From IMG/VR virus record IMGVR_UViG_3300030687_000017: a stretch of DNA of 64,000 nt, one strand, 5' to 3'. Shown one piece after another: positions 45,758 to 55,589 of the stretch. The number at the start of each line of letters is the position of its first letter. Within the stretch, counting starts at the first letter, position 1. The position numbers and the translations under genes are program-made. The notes beneath the pieces are model-generated. The model had not been told where the DNA came from. It did no database searches and saw only the letters and a list, made by a program, of their open reading frames with translations. The DNA comes from a virus.

Positions 45758-46050
45758 CCCGCCCTCCTCAGCGCCGCGCGGAACAGGTCGTCGAACGTCG
45801 TCCAGCCGTTGCCGACCACCTCAGTTACCGCACGCTGCGCTACCTTCTTCTTGTAACCGAGATTCATCAACGCGCTGATCACATCGTCGGTCAACGTGGA
45901 ATGCTCTACGCGCTGCGTGCGTTCCACTTTGAGCTCAGCCGTAATCAGTGGGCGCTTCTTCGCTTGATGCAGGCGGTAGATCGCCAGCCACAGCAGCCAC
46001 ATCGTGAGTATGTTCGTTACGAATAGTAGGAAGATCATCGCCGTCTCCAC
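45754..46050 (-). CDS. small membrane protein (N-terminal TM helix)
   Basis: METAMIFLLFVTNILTMWLLWLAIY then a hydrophilic tail. Confidence 0.4.
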   Translation of the reverse strand: METAMIFLLFVTNILTMWLLWLAIYRLHQAKKRPLITAELKVERTQRVEHSTLTDDVISALMNLGYKKKVAQRAVTEVVGNGWTTFDDLFRAALRRAG

Positions 46051-46226
46051 TCATTCAGTGCCAACCGCACAAAGTACGCCGTCTTCACGCCGTACTGCGT
46101 TTGAAGTTCGTGGAGGGTCGTGGTCATAGTCGCAGCGTGCTTATCGCTGGAAAGCGTGATTTCTTGTCCATGCGGTATGATCAGGTTGTACTCCGTGCCG
46201 TTGACGACCACGCGTTGTTTAGCCAT
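46035..46226 (-). CDS. hypothetical small protein (63 aa)
   Basis: ORF with coupled neighbours. Confidence 0.35.
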   Translation of the reverse strand: MAKQRVVVNGTEYNLIIPHGQEITLSSDKHAATMTTTLHELQTQYGVKTAYFVRLALNEWRRR

Positions 46227-46398
46227 GGAGGAACTCCCTCTTCGTTGGCTGTACCAGCCGCGCGTTCTTTCCGCCGATGCGGATGTACGCGTCCTCTACA
46301 GTGGACCGCCACTTGTCAACTTCGAATGGCGAATCCAGTACGCGCGCTAGGACGACTTCAAGCTCTTCCAAGGTGATTGGATCGCTCAAGAGTTTCAT
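46219..46398 (-). CDS. hypothetical small protein (59 aa)
   Basis: Own translation MKLLSDPITLEELEVVLARVL...; overlaps the next start. Confidence 0.3.
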   Translation of the reverse strand: MKLLSDPITLEELEVVLARVLDSPFEVDKWRSTVEDAYIRIGGKNARLVQPTKREFLHG

Positions 46399-46615
46399 GC
46401 AAACCCCTTGTACTCCGAGAGATCCAAACGCTCCGGTTCGCGGTAGAACTTCTTACAATCGCTGCAGAATCCGCTGGATGGTAGCTTCCGATGATGCGTT
46501 GGGCACGTTGGATATTGCTCCCAATGCGGCGCGCACGACGAACAGAAGTCGCGCATAGAGTGGCCGGCAAGACCGTCGTTGGTAACGCCGGGGCAAGGAA
46601 CCATGACGGAGAATG
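46395..46615 (-). CDS. Cys-rich small protein (73 aa)
   Basis: MSKPFSVMVPCPGV...CSSCAPHW...CPTHH...CSDCKK; ATGA-coupled to the upstream gene. Confidence 0.35.
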
Positions 46616-46621
46616 GCTTAC

Positions 46622-46822
46622 TCATCTCGCTCCAATCCGCGCTTTTGCCAGCGCCAGTAAGCATTGTTCCATGTTGATAAGCAACTTTTCTTCGCTGATG
46701 TCTAGAGTTTCAAACTGACTGTCACGAAGCGAGTTAATGTGATCGGCCATTGTCTTGAAACGCTTAGAGAGAATAGTGGAGCGTCTTTGCTCTGCAGCTA
46801 TGCGTCTAGATTGTTCACTCAT
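46622..46822 (-). CDS. hypothetical small protein (66 aa)
   Basis: ORF; part of a run of coupled small genes. Confidence 0.35.
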   Translation of the reverse strand: MSEQSRRIAAEQRRSTILSKRFKTMADHINSLRDSQFETLDISEEKLLINMEQCLLALAKARIGAR

Positions 46823-47043
46823 AGCCGCGCCTCCGCATCCACTTCAAACTCGTGCTGGTGGTAGTGCCATTTGACGTAGGAGCCGATGGTACCGTCGAAC
46901 GACTCCTTGAACTTCAAGCCCTGTTCCCGCCAGCGCGGCTCGCGGCCCTTCCAGTCCACGACGGCGGCGAACTCGGCGAACTGCTCGGATGAGTAGACGC
47001 CTATCGGATAGTCGTTCAGGCAAAGGACGGTGAGCTTAGGCAT
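46819..47043 (-). CDS. hypothetical small protein (about 75 aa)
   Basis: Start taken at internal ATG 47043 (MPKLTVLCLNDY...); the Arg-rich upstream extension is judged non-coding. Confidence 0.35.
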   Translation of the reverse strand: MPKLTVLCLNDYPIGVYSSEQFAEFAAVVDWKGREPRWREQGLKFKESFDGTIGSYVKWHYHQHEFEVDAEARL

Positions 47044-47253
47044 CGCTGGCCGCCTTCTTTGCGCACGTGCAAGGCTGCGCGGTCCAGCCACTAGTCTTCG
47101 TCGACTTCTGAGCTTCTGGACACCAATAAGCCCACACACCGTATTCAGAACGTTCACCACGCATGCGCCCTTTACAGTTCGCAACGCGTGTCTTGTGATG
47201 CCGTGCCATTATCTTTGTCATGTCTTGGCGGCCCCTTCAGTCCGCTGAAAACA

Positions 47254-47445
47254 TTATACCTCTGAACGCAGCTTCTCGCGGAGTTTACGTAAAACTCCAA
47301 GAAAATACGCATTGTGCTTGACGAACGGCTTGTTGCCGTCACGCACGGCAACGTACTGCGCTTGACGCATCTCAGTTGCCAACAGGTCTAATCCGCGCAG
47401 TAACATCGTGACCTCTTCTTCGGTGTACTCTTGCTCAAAGGTCAT
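47254..47445 (-). CDS. hypothetical small acidic protein (63 aa)
   Basis: ATG 47445 after GGGAGGA RBS; MTFEQEYTEEEVTML... Confidence 0.4.
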   Translation of the reverse strand: MTFEQEYTEEEVTMLLRGLDLLATEMRQAQYVAVRDGNKPFVKHNAYFLGVLRKLREKLRSEV

Positions 47446-47936
47446 ACCATCCTCCCTGCACACTCGGGGCCAAGACCCGCCGCGATGGAGCCTGGAACCG
47501 TAAGCTTCCGACCGCACCGACCGCACGCTCCCTCATGCCAGACCGCCAGCGTATCGCCAAGCACCTCGCGCCCACACTTCATGGCGTCCACGAACCAGAC
47601 CAGCGCCTTGTACGCCGCCGCTTGCCGGCCGACCTTGCCGCTGGTAGCCGTCCAGAAGAAGCGCGCCGGGTCTTTACGAAGAACACCCATGTACGCAAAG
47701 TCCGACGTGTTGTCGGGGCCACGCAGTAGGTTTGCGAAGTACACAGTGTCGTCGGCCGGATTCTCTTTGCGCTTGGTGACCTTGTACGTGAAGCGTACGC
47801 CCGTCTTCAGCGACACCAGGGTGAACGTCGCCTTGCCGGCAAAGATGAATGCCTGGACCTCGGCCCACGTAGCCAAGAGTCCAGGCTGCGGCACTACTTC
47901 TACCGCGTTTACGGGGAGTTCCAGCTGCTCAACCAT
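47442..47936 (-). CDS. hypothetical protein with C-terminal zinc-ribbon (CGRCGRKLT...GLGPEC), DUF6011-like
   Basis: ATG 47936 after GGGAGG RBS; C-terminal CxxC...GxGPxC pattern. Confidence 0.4.
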   Translation of the reverse strand: MVEQLELPVNAVEVVPQPGLLATWAEVQAFIFAGKATFTLVSLKTGVRFTYKVTKRKENPADDTVYFANLLRGPDNTSDFAYMGVLRKDPARFFWTATSGKVGRQAAAYKALVWFVDAMKCGREVLGDTLAVWHEGACGRCGRKLTVPGSIAAGLGPECAGRMV

Positions 47937-48219
47937 TGGAGACCTCCCGCAGGAACTTCTCAACGTCCTTGTTCAACTTGCTGTCAACGCGAAGCTGGGC
48001 TTGCGCACGTTTCAGTAGCGCAATAGCGCACGGTAGACAGCTAAACTTCTTTACGCGCTCCTTCTGCGCGGCATCCCACTTGGCGCTTCGCTCTTCAGCT
48101 TTCCTAGCCACATTTTCTGGATTGTGCTGCGTACAGTAACCGCCCACGCATGCGGCGCGTAAGCACGAGCGCATACTAACGCTGCGCCCACCCATGGGAA
48201 CTCTCGCGATGCAGTTCAT
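47929..48219 (-). CDS. Cys-rich hypothetical protein (96 aa)
   Basis: RBS AGGAGG 10 nt upstream; preceded by -10 GCGCTATAAT. Confidence 0.4.
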   Translation of the reverse strand: MNCIARVPMGGRSVSMRSCLRAACVGGYCTQHNPENVARKAEERSAKWDAAQKERVKKFSCLPCAIALLKRAQAQLRVDSKLNKDVEKFLREVSNG

Positions 48220-48250
48220 TTTCAGAGCGCCTCCTTCTGACGCTCTTTGA

Positions 48251-48258
48251 ATTATAGC
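48251..48258 (-). promoter_or_regulatory. -10 element GCGCTATAAT
   Basis: Reverse complement of attatagc; 31 nt upstream of ATG 48219 with AGGAGG RBS between. Confidence 0.4.
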
Positions 48259-48707
48259 GCCTTCGCTCTTGCTGCTTTATTTATCGCTCTGGTGATGTGG
48301 CCAAGCTTCACAGCGGCAGACTTCGCTGCGAGCTCTTCTTTAGTCCACACTTTCTTCGCGTAAGCATCCTTTATACGCTTCTTCTGTGCTTTGTGAAACT
48401 TCGGATCGGCCCACATACTTCTAGATGATTCAGCTTTCTTAGCACGCATTTCAGACGTCCACTCTACCTGTCGTTTTCTACCCTTGCGAATCATGTCACG
48501 AACATTGTCAAGCTGCGTACCAAGAAAATGATGCGTATCCACGATACATTGCGGTTGATCACATTTATGGCAAACGTATATGTGACTGGGTACGTAGCCA
48601 TGACGTAGAATGTAAACGCGTCTGGCTACATTTCGCGAAGGATGAAGACGACACTTGCCTACTTTCGTAGCTTCGCGTAAGTATTGTGCTTCAGTTTTAC
48701 TGCTCAC
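48252..48707 (-). CDS. HNH homing endonuclease (HNH_3-type)
   Basis: HIYVCHKCDQPQCIVDTHHFLGTQLDNVRD (CHxCDNPxC...HL..GT..DN pattern); locally lower GC. Confidence 0.7.
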   Translation of the reverse strand: MSSKTEAQYLREATKVGKCRLHPSRNVARRVYILRHGYVPSHIYVCHKCDQPQCIVDTHHFLGTQLDNVRDMIRKGRKRQVEWTSEMRAKKAESSRSMWADPKFHKAQKKRIKDAYAKKVWTKEELAAKSAAVKLGHITRAINKAARAKAL

Positions 48708-50200
48708 TTCTTCCCTTTCTTACCACCAGCTCTTTCTTCCGAGTACTCCTTCATGGACGCTAGAAACGCCTTCTGCCCAGTTTCCTTAGACCTTAAATTT
48801 CGAATCTTTGGTATGTCCACCGTATTGTTGACGACGAAGTGGTGCTTCATGACCCACGCCGATTTGTTGCCTTGGCGCAATACACGCAGGAAGAATTGGT
48901 GATAAAGATCGTAGTTGTCTGGTATGTCGAAGTAACCGACGTGTCTAGAGCTGAACTTCTGCATATTCAAACTATGCGCCATGCTGGCCGGGTGACCTAG
49001 CAGCAACGGCAATTGGCCCTTATTCCACCGCTCGATGTAGTCCGCCGCTTGCGACCGTGTGGTTTGCCCGTTGATGCATGGAACGTCCTTACCCAGCGCC
49101 AACCGCAGCGCCGTTACGTCATGCTGGAAACCGATACCAAGTAGTAACGGCTCACCCTGTAGCTCACGTACAAGGTCCACTACCGCTTCCACCTTGGCCG
49201 TGTGCACTACCTTAACTGGTCGTTGCTTGTTACCCCAATTCTCTTCCGGGTCGTAGTCCAGGTATACCGATCCGTTGGCAATCTGGCAGCACTTCGACCG
49301 CGCGCTGGCTGAATTCACCAACGGCTGCGTGAAGAGTGTACTGAGTAGCGAGTTCTCAATCTTGTCATATTCAACGCGCGCCGCCGTGGGTAGATCAACC
49401 CGGTGGGTGCGCTCCATCTCCTTAGGCAGCTTCAGATAGTCCTTGGCGTCCAGACGCATCATCATGGGCGCTACCAGCGCGTCGATCTTCTTCTCAGCAC
49501 CTGGCAGTATCTGCCACTCGCGCATCTGGTAGCCGGTAGGGAAGAAGTACGTATTGCGATAGCTGGATATGTACTCTCCCAGCGCTGCACCCTGATCCAG
49601 TAGATACACCTGCCCATGCAAGTCCAGATAGTTACGAGGACGAGGGCTACCTGTGAGTATATGTCGCCGCTTAAACGTACGCAGGTGCTTCCGCAAAGCG
49701 CGGAAACGCACCGTTGCACTACTCTTCCATAGAGACGATTCATCAATATCCAGCACATCAGCTTCCAGCAATTTAGCGCGCTTCATGGTCTCGAATAACC
49801 ATGGAATGCCCTCAGGATTAATAATGCAGATCTGATGCTCTGGTTGCAAATTGCGTAGATTCTTCTCCTTGTCGGCACCATGCAACAGAGCGATACGCAT
49901 GTCTTTGAAGTCTGTCCAATCACACACCTCCGCTGGCCAAGTATAGTAGCACGCCCGTAACGGTGCGATGACCAACATGCGCTTGGCTAACTTCTTCTTC
50001 AGTAATATCTTGAACATAGCCAATGAAACGCTTGTCTTGCCCATTCCAGGATCGAGCAGCAAGCCAGACCGAGGATTCTCTAGCATGAACTTCAGTGTGC
50101 GTTCCTGATACGGCCATGGCGTCCACGGTTTAGCCGCTTTCCGCCACTGCTCCATCTTCAGAGCCAGTGATTTTGGTACGAGGTCAGTCGGCAAGGTCAA
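48704..50200 (-). CDS. SF2 (SNF2/DEAD-like) DNA helicase
   Basis: PYQ...LLLDPGMGKTS (Walker A), VIAPL, LDIDESS (DExx), later helicase C-terminal-type motifs. Confidence 0.7.
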   Translation of the reverse strand: MTLPTDLVPKSLALKMEQWRKAAKPWTPWPYQERTLKFMLENPRSGLLLDPGMGKTSVSLAMFKILLKKKLAKRMLVIAPLRACYYTWPAEVCDWTDFKDMRIALLHGADKEKNLRNLQPEHQICIINPEGIPWLFETMKRAKLLEADVLDIDESSLWKSSATVRFRALRKHLRTFKRRHILTGSPRPRNYLDLHGQVYLLDQGAALGEYISSYRNTYFFPTGYQMREWQILPGAEKKIDALVAPMMMRLDAKDYLKLPKEMERTHRVDLPTAARVEYDKIENSLLSTLFTQPLVNSASARSKCCQIANGSVYLDYDPEENWGNKQRPVKVVHTAKVEAVVDLVRELQGEPLLLGIGFQHDVTALRLALGKDVPCINGQTTRSQAADYIERWNKGQLPLLLGHPASMAHSLNMQKFSSRHVGYFDIPDNYDLYHQFFLRVLRQGNKSAWVMKHHFVVNNTVDIPKIRNLRSKETGQKAFLASMKEYSEERAGGKKGKK

Positions 50201-50426
50201 GTCCCTTCCTACTGGTTATGCTTACGCTGTTTTCTTTAACAATTGCGTAATCCTTCGCCGTCTCAGCCGTTACCGTCTGCACCCACTGCGCGCCCTTCTC
50301 ATAACCCACAGCGCCTCGCTCCAGGTACACGTGACCATTCTTCTCGTTCAACGCTGCCACACGCCACTTGATACCGTGCGCCTTCACCTCGTCGCCAATC
50401 TTTACGCCTTCAATTACTGGAGTCAT
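50184..50426 (-). CDS. hypothetical small protein (80 aa)
   Basis: ORF overlapping the helicase start by 17 nt. Confidence 0.35.
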   Translation of the reverse strand: MTPVIEGVKIGDEVKAHGIKWRVAALNEKNGHVYLERGAVGYEKGAQWVQTVTAETAKDYAIVKENSVSITSRKGLDLAD

Positions 50427-50468
50427 TTCTAACCTTCCGTCTCAGTTTCAAAAGTTCATGCAACAGTT

Positions 50469-50852
50469 CTACGATGATAAAGCCGTCTTGCGTTTGCTCG
50501 ACGCGATCGATGATTTCTTCGACTTCTTCGTCCTGGATGGTGCGGTTTGCGGACATTCCAGCCTACCTTTCATGACCTCTAGAAACGCTTCCTTGGTGTC
50601 CCAGCAGTACGCCTCGTAGCCGTATTCAATCAGCTTAGTCAGGTAGTACGGTTGAGTCTCAGCCTGGAGCCCCTTACCCTTCTTACCTTTGGCTTTGAAC
50701 TCGCCGATGATTGGCGCTCCACTGGGTAAGAAGAAGATACGATCCGGAATGCCATTACAGCCGGTCATCTTGGCCACTACGACACCACGGAATCGTGCCC
50801 ATGCCACGCACCACGCCTCCGTGGGGGATTCACGCCTATACCGCGAGGCCAA
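50469..50852 (-). CDS. VRR-NUC domain nuclease
   Basis: GIPDRIFFLPSGAPIIGEFKAKGKKGKGLQAETQ matches the VRR-NUC (PD-(D/E)xK) pattern G.PD...G...iE.K...g.ls..Q. Confidence 0.55.
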   Translation of the reverse strand: MASRYRRESPTEAWCVAWARFRGVVVAKMTGCNGIPDRIFFLPSGAPIIGEFKAKGKKGKGLQAETQPYYLTKLIEYGYEAYCWDTKEAFLEVMKGRLECPQTAPSRTKKSKKSSIASSKRKTALSS

Positions 50853-51090
50853 AGTGAACCTTCCCAGCAGATGTTAGACGTCCCTCAAGGTAACTAGATT
50901 GTTCGTCTACTTCAATTAACTCTAAGCGCAACCAACCTTGCTCTTCTCCATAGCCTGCACTTCGCACTAGAAATTCACGTCTACGATCGTCCAGACGTAT
51001 AAAATCAGCTTTGCCGTCAACGAATACTCGGCGCAAACTCGCTTCGAACTCTTCTTCTATCGTTTCGTACCCAGCACTAACTTTTAGCAC
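50836..51090 (-). CDS. hypothetical small protein (84 aa)
   Basis: ORF. Confidence 0.35.
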   Translation of the reverse strand: MLKVSAGYETIEEEFEASLRRVFVDGKADFIRLDDRRREFLVRSAGYGEEQGWLRLELIEVDEQSSYLEGRLTSAGKVHFGLAV

Positions 51091-51252
51091 GCCGCTTCTC
51101 CCTTCGTAGCGCCTTCTGATACTGCGCGTACATGCTCTGTAGATCCGCTATCCATTCTCCTAGTTGCTCTACCTTCGGCGGTACAGCCTTGGTCAAGAAG
51201 AACAGATCAACTAGGAGTGCGTCCGACGAGCGATACTTCGCAGTTCTACCCA

Positions 51253-52044
51253 CTAGGACTTCTGCTCCGCCTCGCAAGGCCCACCGTTAGAAGCCCTAAA
51301 CCTGCACCACCGACAATGGTAACCCGGCTTCGGCTCGTACTTTGTATCGGCCATCATTTGCTTGGTACGCGTCAACCACTCACTCTTCAGCGGCTTCAGA
51401 TCCTTGAGTGAATACTCCTCCGTCGCCGACTGGGTGGTGTCGGTGTATAGATGCTCGGCTACTACCTTGGTATCCTTGTTTCCACCGGCTAGTAAGCCGA
51501 GCTCGACTAGCTGCAGTCCTCCCAGCGCGTACAGGCTACGCTGTTGCTTATGCTCCTCATACACCTTACCGCTCTTCCAATCCGTTATATGTACCAGCGG
51601 TGGCGCCTTCTTGGTGGCTTCCGTAACCGCGCAGACGTCAACCTTGATACGCAACCAGCAATGAGTCCAATCATTCCACTTGGTGGGAACCCATTCTTTC
51701 GTGAACGCCCAGTCTTGCTCCACCATGGCTTTGACCTTGCGATACGTAGTCACACGATCTTGCACTTGCTTTAAGCCTGGATGGATTGGCTCCTTGGCCG
51801 GAAGTCTTCCGGCGATGTAATCCTCGGCAAATTTGTGGACAGCGTTGCCCTTGACGAATGCTGGGTTCTCCGGCTCGAATATCTTTATACGTTTAATCTT
51901 GTCGTAGCACACCGCTGCTGGGCAGCGCAGCCACGAAGTGTACACCGAATATGACCACGAGGAAAGGGTCGCTAACTTCTGCGGCACTGTGAATGTAGTT
52001 GTTGTCTTCTTGACCTCGGGTGCGGGTACTTTCTTAGGTGCCAT
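51253..52044 (-). CDS. PD-(D/E)xK Cas4/RecB-like exonuclease with C-terminal Cys cluster
   Basis: ATG 52044 after AAGAAAGG; SWSYSVYTSWLRCPAAVCY, ITDWKSGK (D-x-K), C-terminal YHCRWCRF...GGPC (4 Cys). Confidence 0.55.
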   Translation of the reverse strand: MAPKKVPAPEVKKTTTTFTVPQKLATLSSWSYSVYTSWLRCPAAVCYDKIKRIKIFEPENPAFVKGNAVHKFAEDYIAGRLPAKEPIHPGLKQVQDRVTTYRKVKAMVEQDWAFTKEWVPTKWNDWTHCWLRIKVDVCAVTEATKKAPPLVHITDWKSGKVYEEHKQQRSLYALGGLQLVELGLLAGGNKDTKVVAEHLYTDTTQSATEEYSLKDLKPLKSEWLTRTKQMMADTKYEPKPGYHCRWCRFRASNGGPCEAEQKS

Positions 52045-52192
52045 TGTGCCTTTCTTACTCAGTGGTTGGTTCGCCGTCGTCTTGCGTACTTGGCAAGTGA
52101 TAGACATGCTCAGGATCAAGCAGTGAATCTACTTCATGCAGTAACCCGGTCAGCACAGTGGTCCAGGCTGCCTCTTTACTACTGCTAATGTT

Positions 52193-54172
52193 TTAATCCT
52201 GCCATTTTGTCAAAGTCCCCCAATTAACACCAGATTCGCCTTCCGACAACATGGGAACGTCGGTGGCGATACTACGCATACAATCTTGCATTATTTTCTG
52301 TTCTTCTTTCATTGCTTTAGCAGGTGCACTGAAATTAACTTCGTCATACACAGTGACGACGAATCTGCTATTCTTCTTGGCTTCGTTATAACGTATCAAT
52401 GTTTCTTTCGTTACATCAGCTCCGCTACCTTGCATGAGGTAGTTGAGAAGTTTATATGAAAATGTCATGTCTCTGCCATACAGAGGACTGTACTTCGGCT
52501 CTTCACAATAGTACAGACGTGACCCAAACGTGCGAATCGGCAAGCCTTCATCCGAGAGCGCCTTCAAACGATTGTCCAGTTCCTTGATCGATGGCACAGC
52601 CGCGTTGATAGAAGCCTGGATGATCTGCGCAATAGGCTTCTCTTCATCTAGTAGCTGTAGAAGCTGCATCAGGCCGGTTATACCCTGGCCATACAGACGA
52701 CCGAACACGCAACTCTTGGCAGTGTCACGGTCGAATCCTTCGCGTAAACACGCTTCAATCAAACGCCGTTCTACTTCTGCACGCACCAGTTCATGGATGT
52801 CGTATTTGCGTTCTGCGTGAAATTTGCCACCAACGCATTGTTTACCTACAGGTGCGCCGCACTTAGAGCATGGCAAATCTATTTGGGCAGATAAGAAACC
52901 TGCCATAACGGGTCCTTCTTCAAAGTGGCCGAACAATCTCAATTCTTGTTGATCGAAATCCCTTTTGCCCCACCGCTGACCCTTATCCGGTAAGCAGTAA
53001 CTACGTACGTACGGCAATTCTGGAACCTTCAAGAATGCTGGATGGACGTAACCGGCAGAAGCTGCGCGCTTCCATTTCTTCGGAATATTTAAGAAGTTAG
53101 GCTTTGAGCAAATGATGCGACCGCTGCGCGCTCCTCCTGTATCGTTGTTACCCTTCGGACTGCGCACCTGCGACCAGTTAGGGTGAATGGTACCCTTGCC
53201 GGCTGTACCAAGTTCCAACCAAGGCTTGATAAACATCGAGATGGACGTACTCATCTGACCGCGATACTGCAGGGCTTGATACACCTTCGGGTCTTTGAAC
53301 TTATTCAACGTAAGTGTCTTCTTACTCACCGACAGATGGCCCTTGGCTGTCTTCTTAAAGTCGCTTACGATTCCTTTATTGTAAAGCGCCTCGCCAAGCT
53401 GCCGATCACTGTCGATGTTCTCAATACCCAGCTTCTTGCGCAGCCAGACATCGGTCTTCTCTACGCCAGCTATCATCGCCGGCAAGTCACGCTCTAGGCC
53501 ATTCATGTCCACGCGCATCCCCACCCGCTCGTTCTCCAGCAGTATTGGCATGAGCTTCAATTCACGTTGATACGCTTCCAGCATTCCGGACTCGACGATA
53601 TACGGGTAGATCTTATTGAACAACCGACCCATGCGCGTGAGATCGCCTTTGTGGTAGGGCTTGACAATTCGATAAGGCGCTTCGCAGATATACGCACCCC
53701 ATGTGCTGGGCTTCTTACGCGCCGCCTCGATGTTGGCTAGGATCCACTCCTTCAGCTTGTCCTGCTCCTCAGGCGCAATCCCTAGTATGCGCTGGGCCGA
53801 TTCCTTCAACGCTAGAGACGGAGCATGAGGGTTCTCGAGGAAGAGAAGATACATAGTATCGTGACGCTTCCGCCAATCCGGGATTGGTAGTTCCCAATGT
53901 ATTTCGGCGACGTCCAGATCGAATTTCTCGTTCTGCCAAAGCACTGGATACTTGCTTTCCTGTGCCTTCTTGAGCTCGCCGCGCGCTTCCTTCTCTGTGC
54001 AATTGTTGTCGAACGCACGCGTTCCATCCCCATGACCCCATGCCATGAGTTTGTAATCTGACTGATCGGGCCACTTAAGAGCGAGCGAACCCGGCTTCGG
54101 TGGGTACTTTGGCCGCGACTGAATACCCTTCGTTTCAAAATCTGCGAGAATCACCTGCGGCGCACGTGGCAT
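52193..54172 (-). CDS. family A DNA polymerase (3'-5' exonuclease plus polymerase domains)
   Basis: ExoI ILADFETKG; motif A DFDQQELRL; motif B RDTAKSCVFGRLYGQG; motif C VYDEVNF. Confidence 0.85.
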   Translation of the reverse strand: MPRAPQVILADFETKGIQSRPKYPPKPGSLALKWPDQSDYKLMAWGHGDGTRAFDNNCTEKEARGELKKAQESKYPVLWQNEKFDLDVAEIHWELPIPDWRKRHDTMYLLFLENPHAPSLALKESAQRILGIAPEEQDKLKEWILANIEAARKKPSTWGAYICEAPYRIVKPYHKGDLTRMGRLFNKIYPYIVESGMLEAYQRELKLMPILLENERVGMRVDMNGLERDLPAMIAGVEKTDVWLRKKLGIENIDSDRQLGEALYNKGIVSDFKKTAKGHLSVSKKTLTLNKFKDPKVYQALQYRGQMSTSISMFIKPWLELGTAGKGTIHPNWSQVRSPKGNNDTGGARSGRIICSKPNFLNIPKKWKRAASAGYVHPAFLKVPELPYVRSYCLPDKGQRWGKRDFDQQELRLFGHFEEGPVMAGFLSAQIDLPCSKCGAPVGKQCVGGKFHAERKYDIHELVRAEVERRLIEACLREGFDRDTAKSCVFGRLYGQGITGLMQLLQLLDEEKPIAQIIQASINAAVPSIKELDNRLKALSDEGLPIRTFGSRLYYCEEPKYSPLYGRDMTFSYKLLNYLMQGSGADVTKETLIRYNEAKKNSRFVVTVYDEVNFSAPAKAMKEEQKIMQDCMRSIATDVPMLSEGESGVNWGTLTKWQD

Positions 54173-54604
54173 CTACAGCGCCCCCGTAATGGCCACTTGG
54201 CCCTGGTACTTGCCGCGATAAGGCTCGGTGGCGCTGGTAAGCTTCGCGAAGATGACGTGGGCGAATCGCTGTCCAACAGGCACGTAACCCGGCGCGCCGA
54301 ACTTGGCTATCTCCAGGGTGATACTGCCCTGGAAGCCAGCGTCTATCACAGTCGGTGGCATGATGAAGCCCATACGCGCCCAAGTGGACCGTATTTGCAC
54401 GAACGCCATAAGGTCGTCAGGCATGGTTATAATCTCGCGCGTACGACCTAACGTGAATCCACCTGCGGCCAACAAGTCGCTCTCCACCTGACTCACAATC
54501 ATGTCAATGCCGTTTTGCTGAAACTGATCGTCAGCCAATGCTGGCTCGAACCGTAGCGCACCCCGCTCTACGTACTTCATAAGATCTTGCCGCGATAGAA
54601 TCAA
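54173..54604 (-). CDS. dCTP deaminase / dUTPase-family protein
   Basis: TTG start 6 nt after GGAG gives (M)ILSRQDLMKYVERGALRFEP..., like Dcd MRLCDRDI...; C-terminal VPVGQRFAHVIF...GKYQGQ. The longer ORF from 54931 is Arg-rich and overlaps the next gene, so it is rejected. Confidence 0.5.
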   Translation of the reverse strand: MILSRQDLMKYVERGALRFEPALADDQFQQNGIDMIVSQVESDLLAAGGFTLGRTREIITMPDDLMAFVQIRSTWARMGFIMPPTVIDAGFQGSITLEIAKFGAPGYVPVGQRFAHVIFAKLTSATEPYRGKYQGQVAITGAL

Positions 54605-54770
54605 AACAATCTCCGCTTCGTAAATAGTGCAGGGCCAAAAACCAACGCAAAAGGAATCAAACAAATGATGAGGAAGATGCGCGGGATCAGTAAGATCAGT
54701 TTCATAGTACTCCTTTCTTCGCCGTACTTGGCCAGCAGTGAGGGCTACCGACCAAGTACGACTTAGAATT

Positions 54771-55589
54771 CTACCGCCGTGTAGTCTTCTTGCCGGCGAA
54801 CTTGGAATTGGACTTCGACGCAGCCGGAGCCTTCTTCGCGGTCTTATCGGCCACGGAGAACGGCTTCTGAAGTTGCTCCTGCACCTTGAGCACACGCTTC
54901 TCAAGAGCCTGGAGAACGTCGTCGTCGTCAATCAGAGACACCATCTTGAACTCCAGACGAATCTGTGTCTTCGGATCATCGTAACTGGCAATCTCCGTCA
55001 CCACGGCCCACGGCGGACGACCATACTCCTCTTCCAACAGGTCGGTGTACTTCTTGTAATGGTTCAGGTTGGTAGGGCTGACACCGGCATTGGCCATCTC
55101 CGCAGCGGCGACGCTGTCAGCGTCCTCGGTGGCGTCATTGCCGGTCAGCAGGCCGAGACGAATAGTATTGCCGCATGCCTTGCCCTTGCCAACGCGCGCC
55201 GTACCGAACTGGTTCTTTTCACAATCGGCGCACTTCACAGCTTGCTTGTCAGGTGCCGACGGGTGAGGAGCCATCTCTGGGTCGTCCGAGATGACAGAGA
55301 ACGCGTAGCAATCCGGCGGCAGCGGATTGGACGCATCAAACGGCTGCTCGTTCCAGCGATTGAGCGCGCAGCTGCCGACAATGACGCACTCCAGCTTGCC
55401 GCCCTTGACTTCGACGTCGCCGATAGAGATGCGTCCACGGCCGAACTTAATACTGACGCCGCCGACTCCGATGTTCTTGGTCTGTTCCTTTGTTTCTTTG
55501 GCGTACTTCGCAAATTTTTCCGTCCAAGGAATTATCGCCGTGGACGTTGTCTTCTTACCTTTGGCTGCTGTCTTCTTTACTACTGGCAT
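54771..55589 (-). CDS. hypothetical protein (272 aa; Cys pairs; possible ssDNA-binding role by position)
   Basis: ORF with Lys-rich termini and CADCEKNQ...KACG cluster; no assignable motif. Confidence 0.4.
   Translation of the reverse strand: MPVVKKTAAKGKKTTSTAIIPWTEKFAKYAKETKEQTKNIGVGGVSIKFGRGRISIGDVEVKGGKLECVIVGSCALNRWNEQPFDASNPLPPDCYAFSVISDDPEMAPHPSAPDKQAVKCADCEKNQFGTARVGKGKACGNTIRLGLLTGNDATEDADSVAAAEMANAGVSPTNLNHYKKYTDLLEEEYGRPPWAVVTEIASYDDPKTQIRLEFKMVSLIDDDDVLQALEKRVLKVQEQLQKPFSVADKTAKKAPAASKSNSKFAGKKTTRR

Noticed and set aside
54605-54931. Arg/Ser/Pro-rich N-terminal extension of the dCTP-deaminase ORF
   Set aside because: Overlaps the 3' end of gene 54771..55589 in another frame. The Dcd-like N-terminus (M)ILSRQDL begins at a TTG with a GGAG RBS at 54604.
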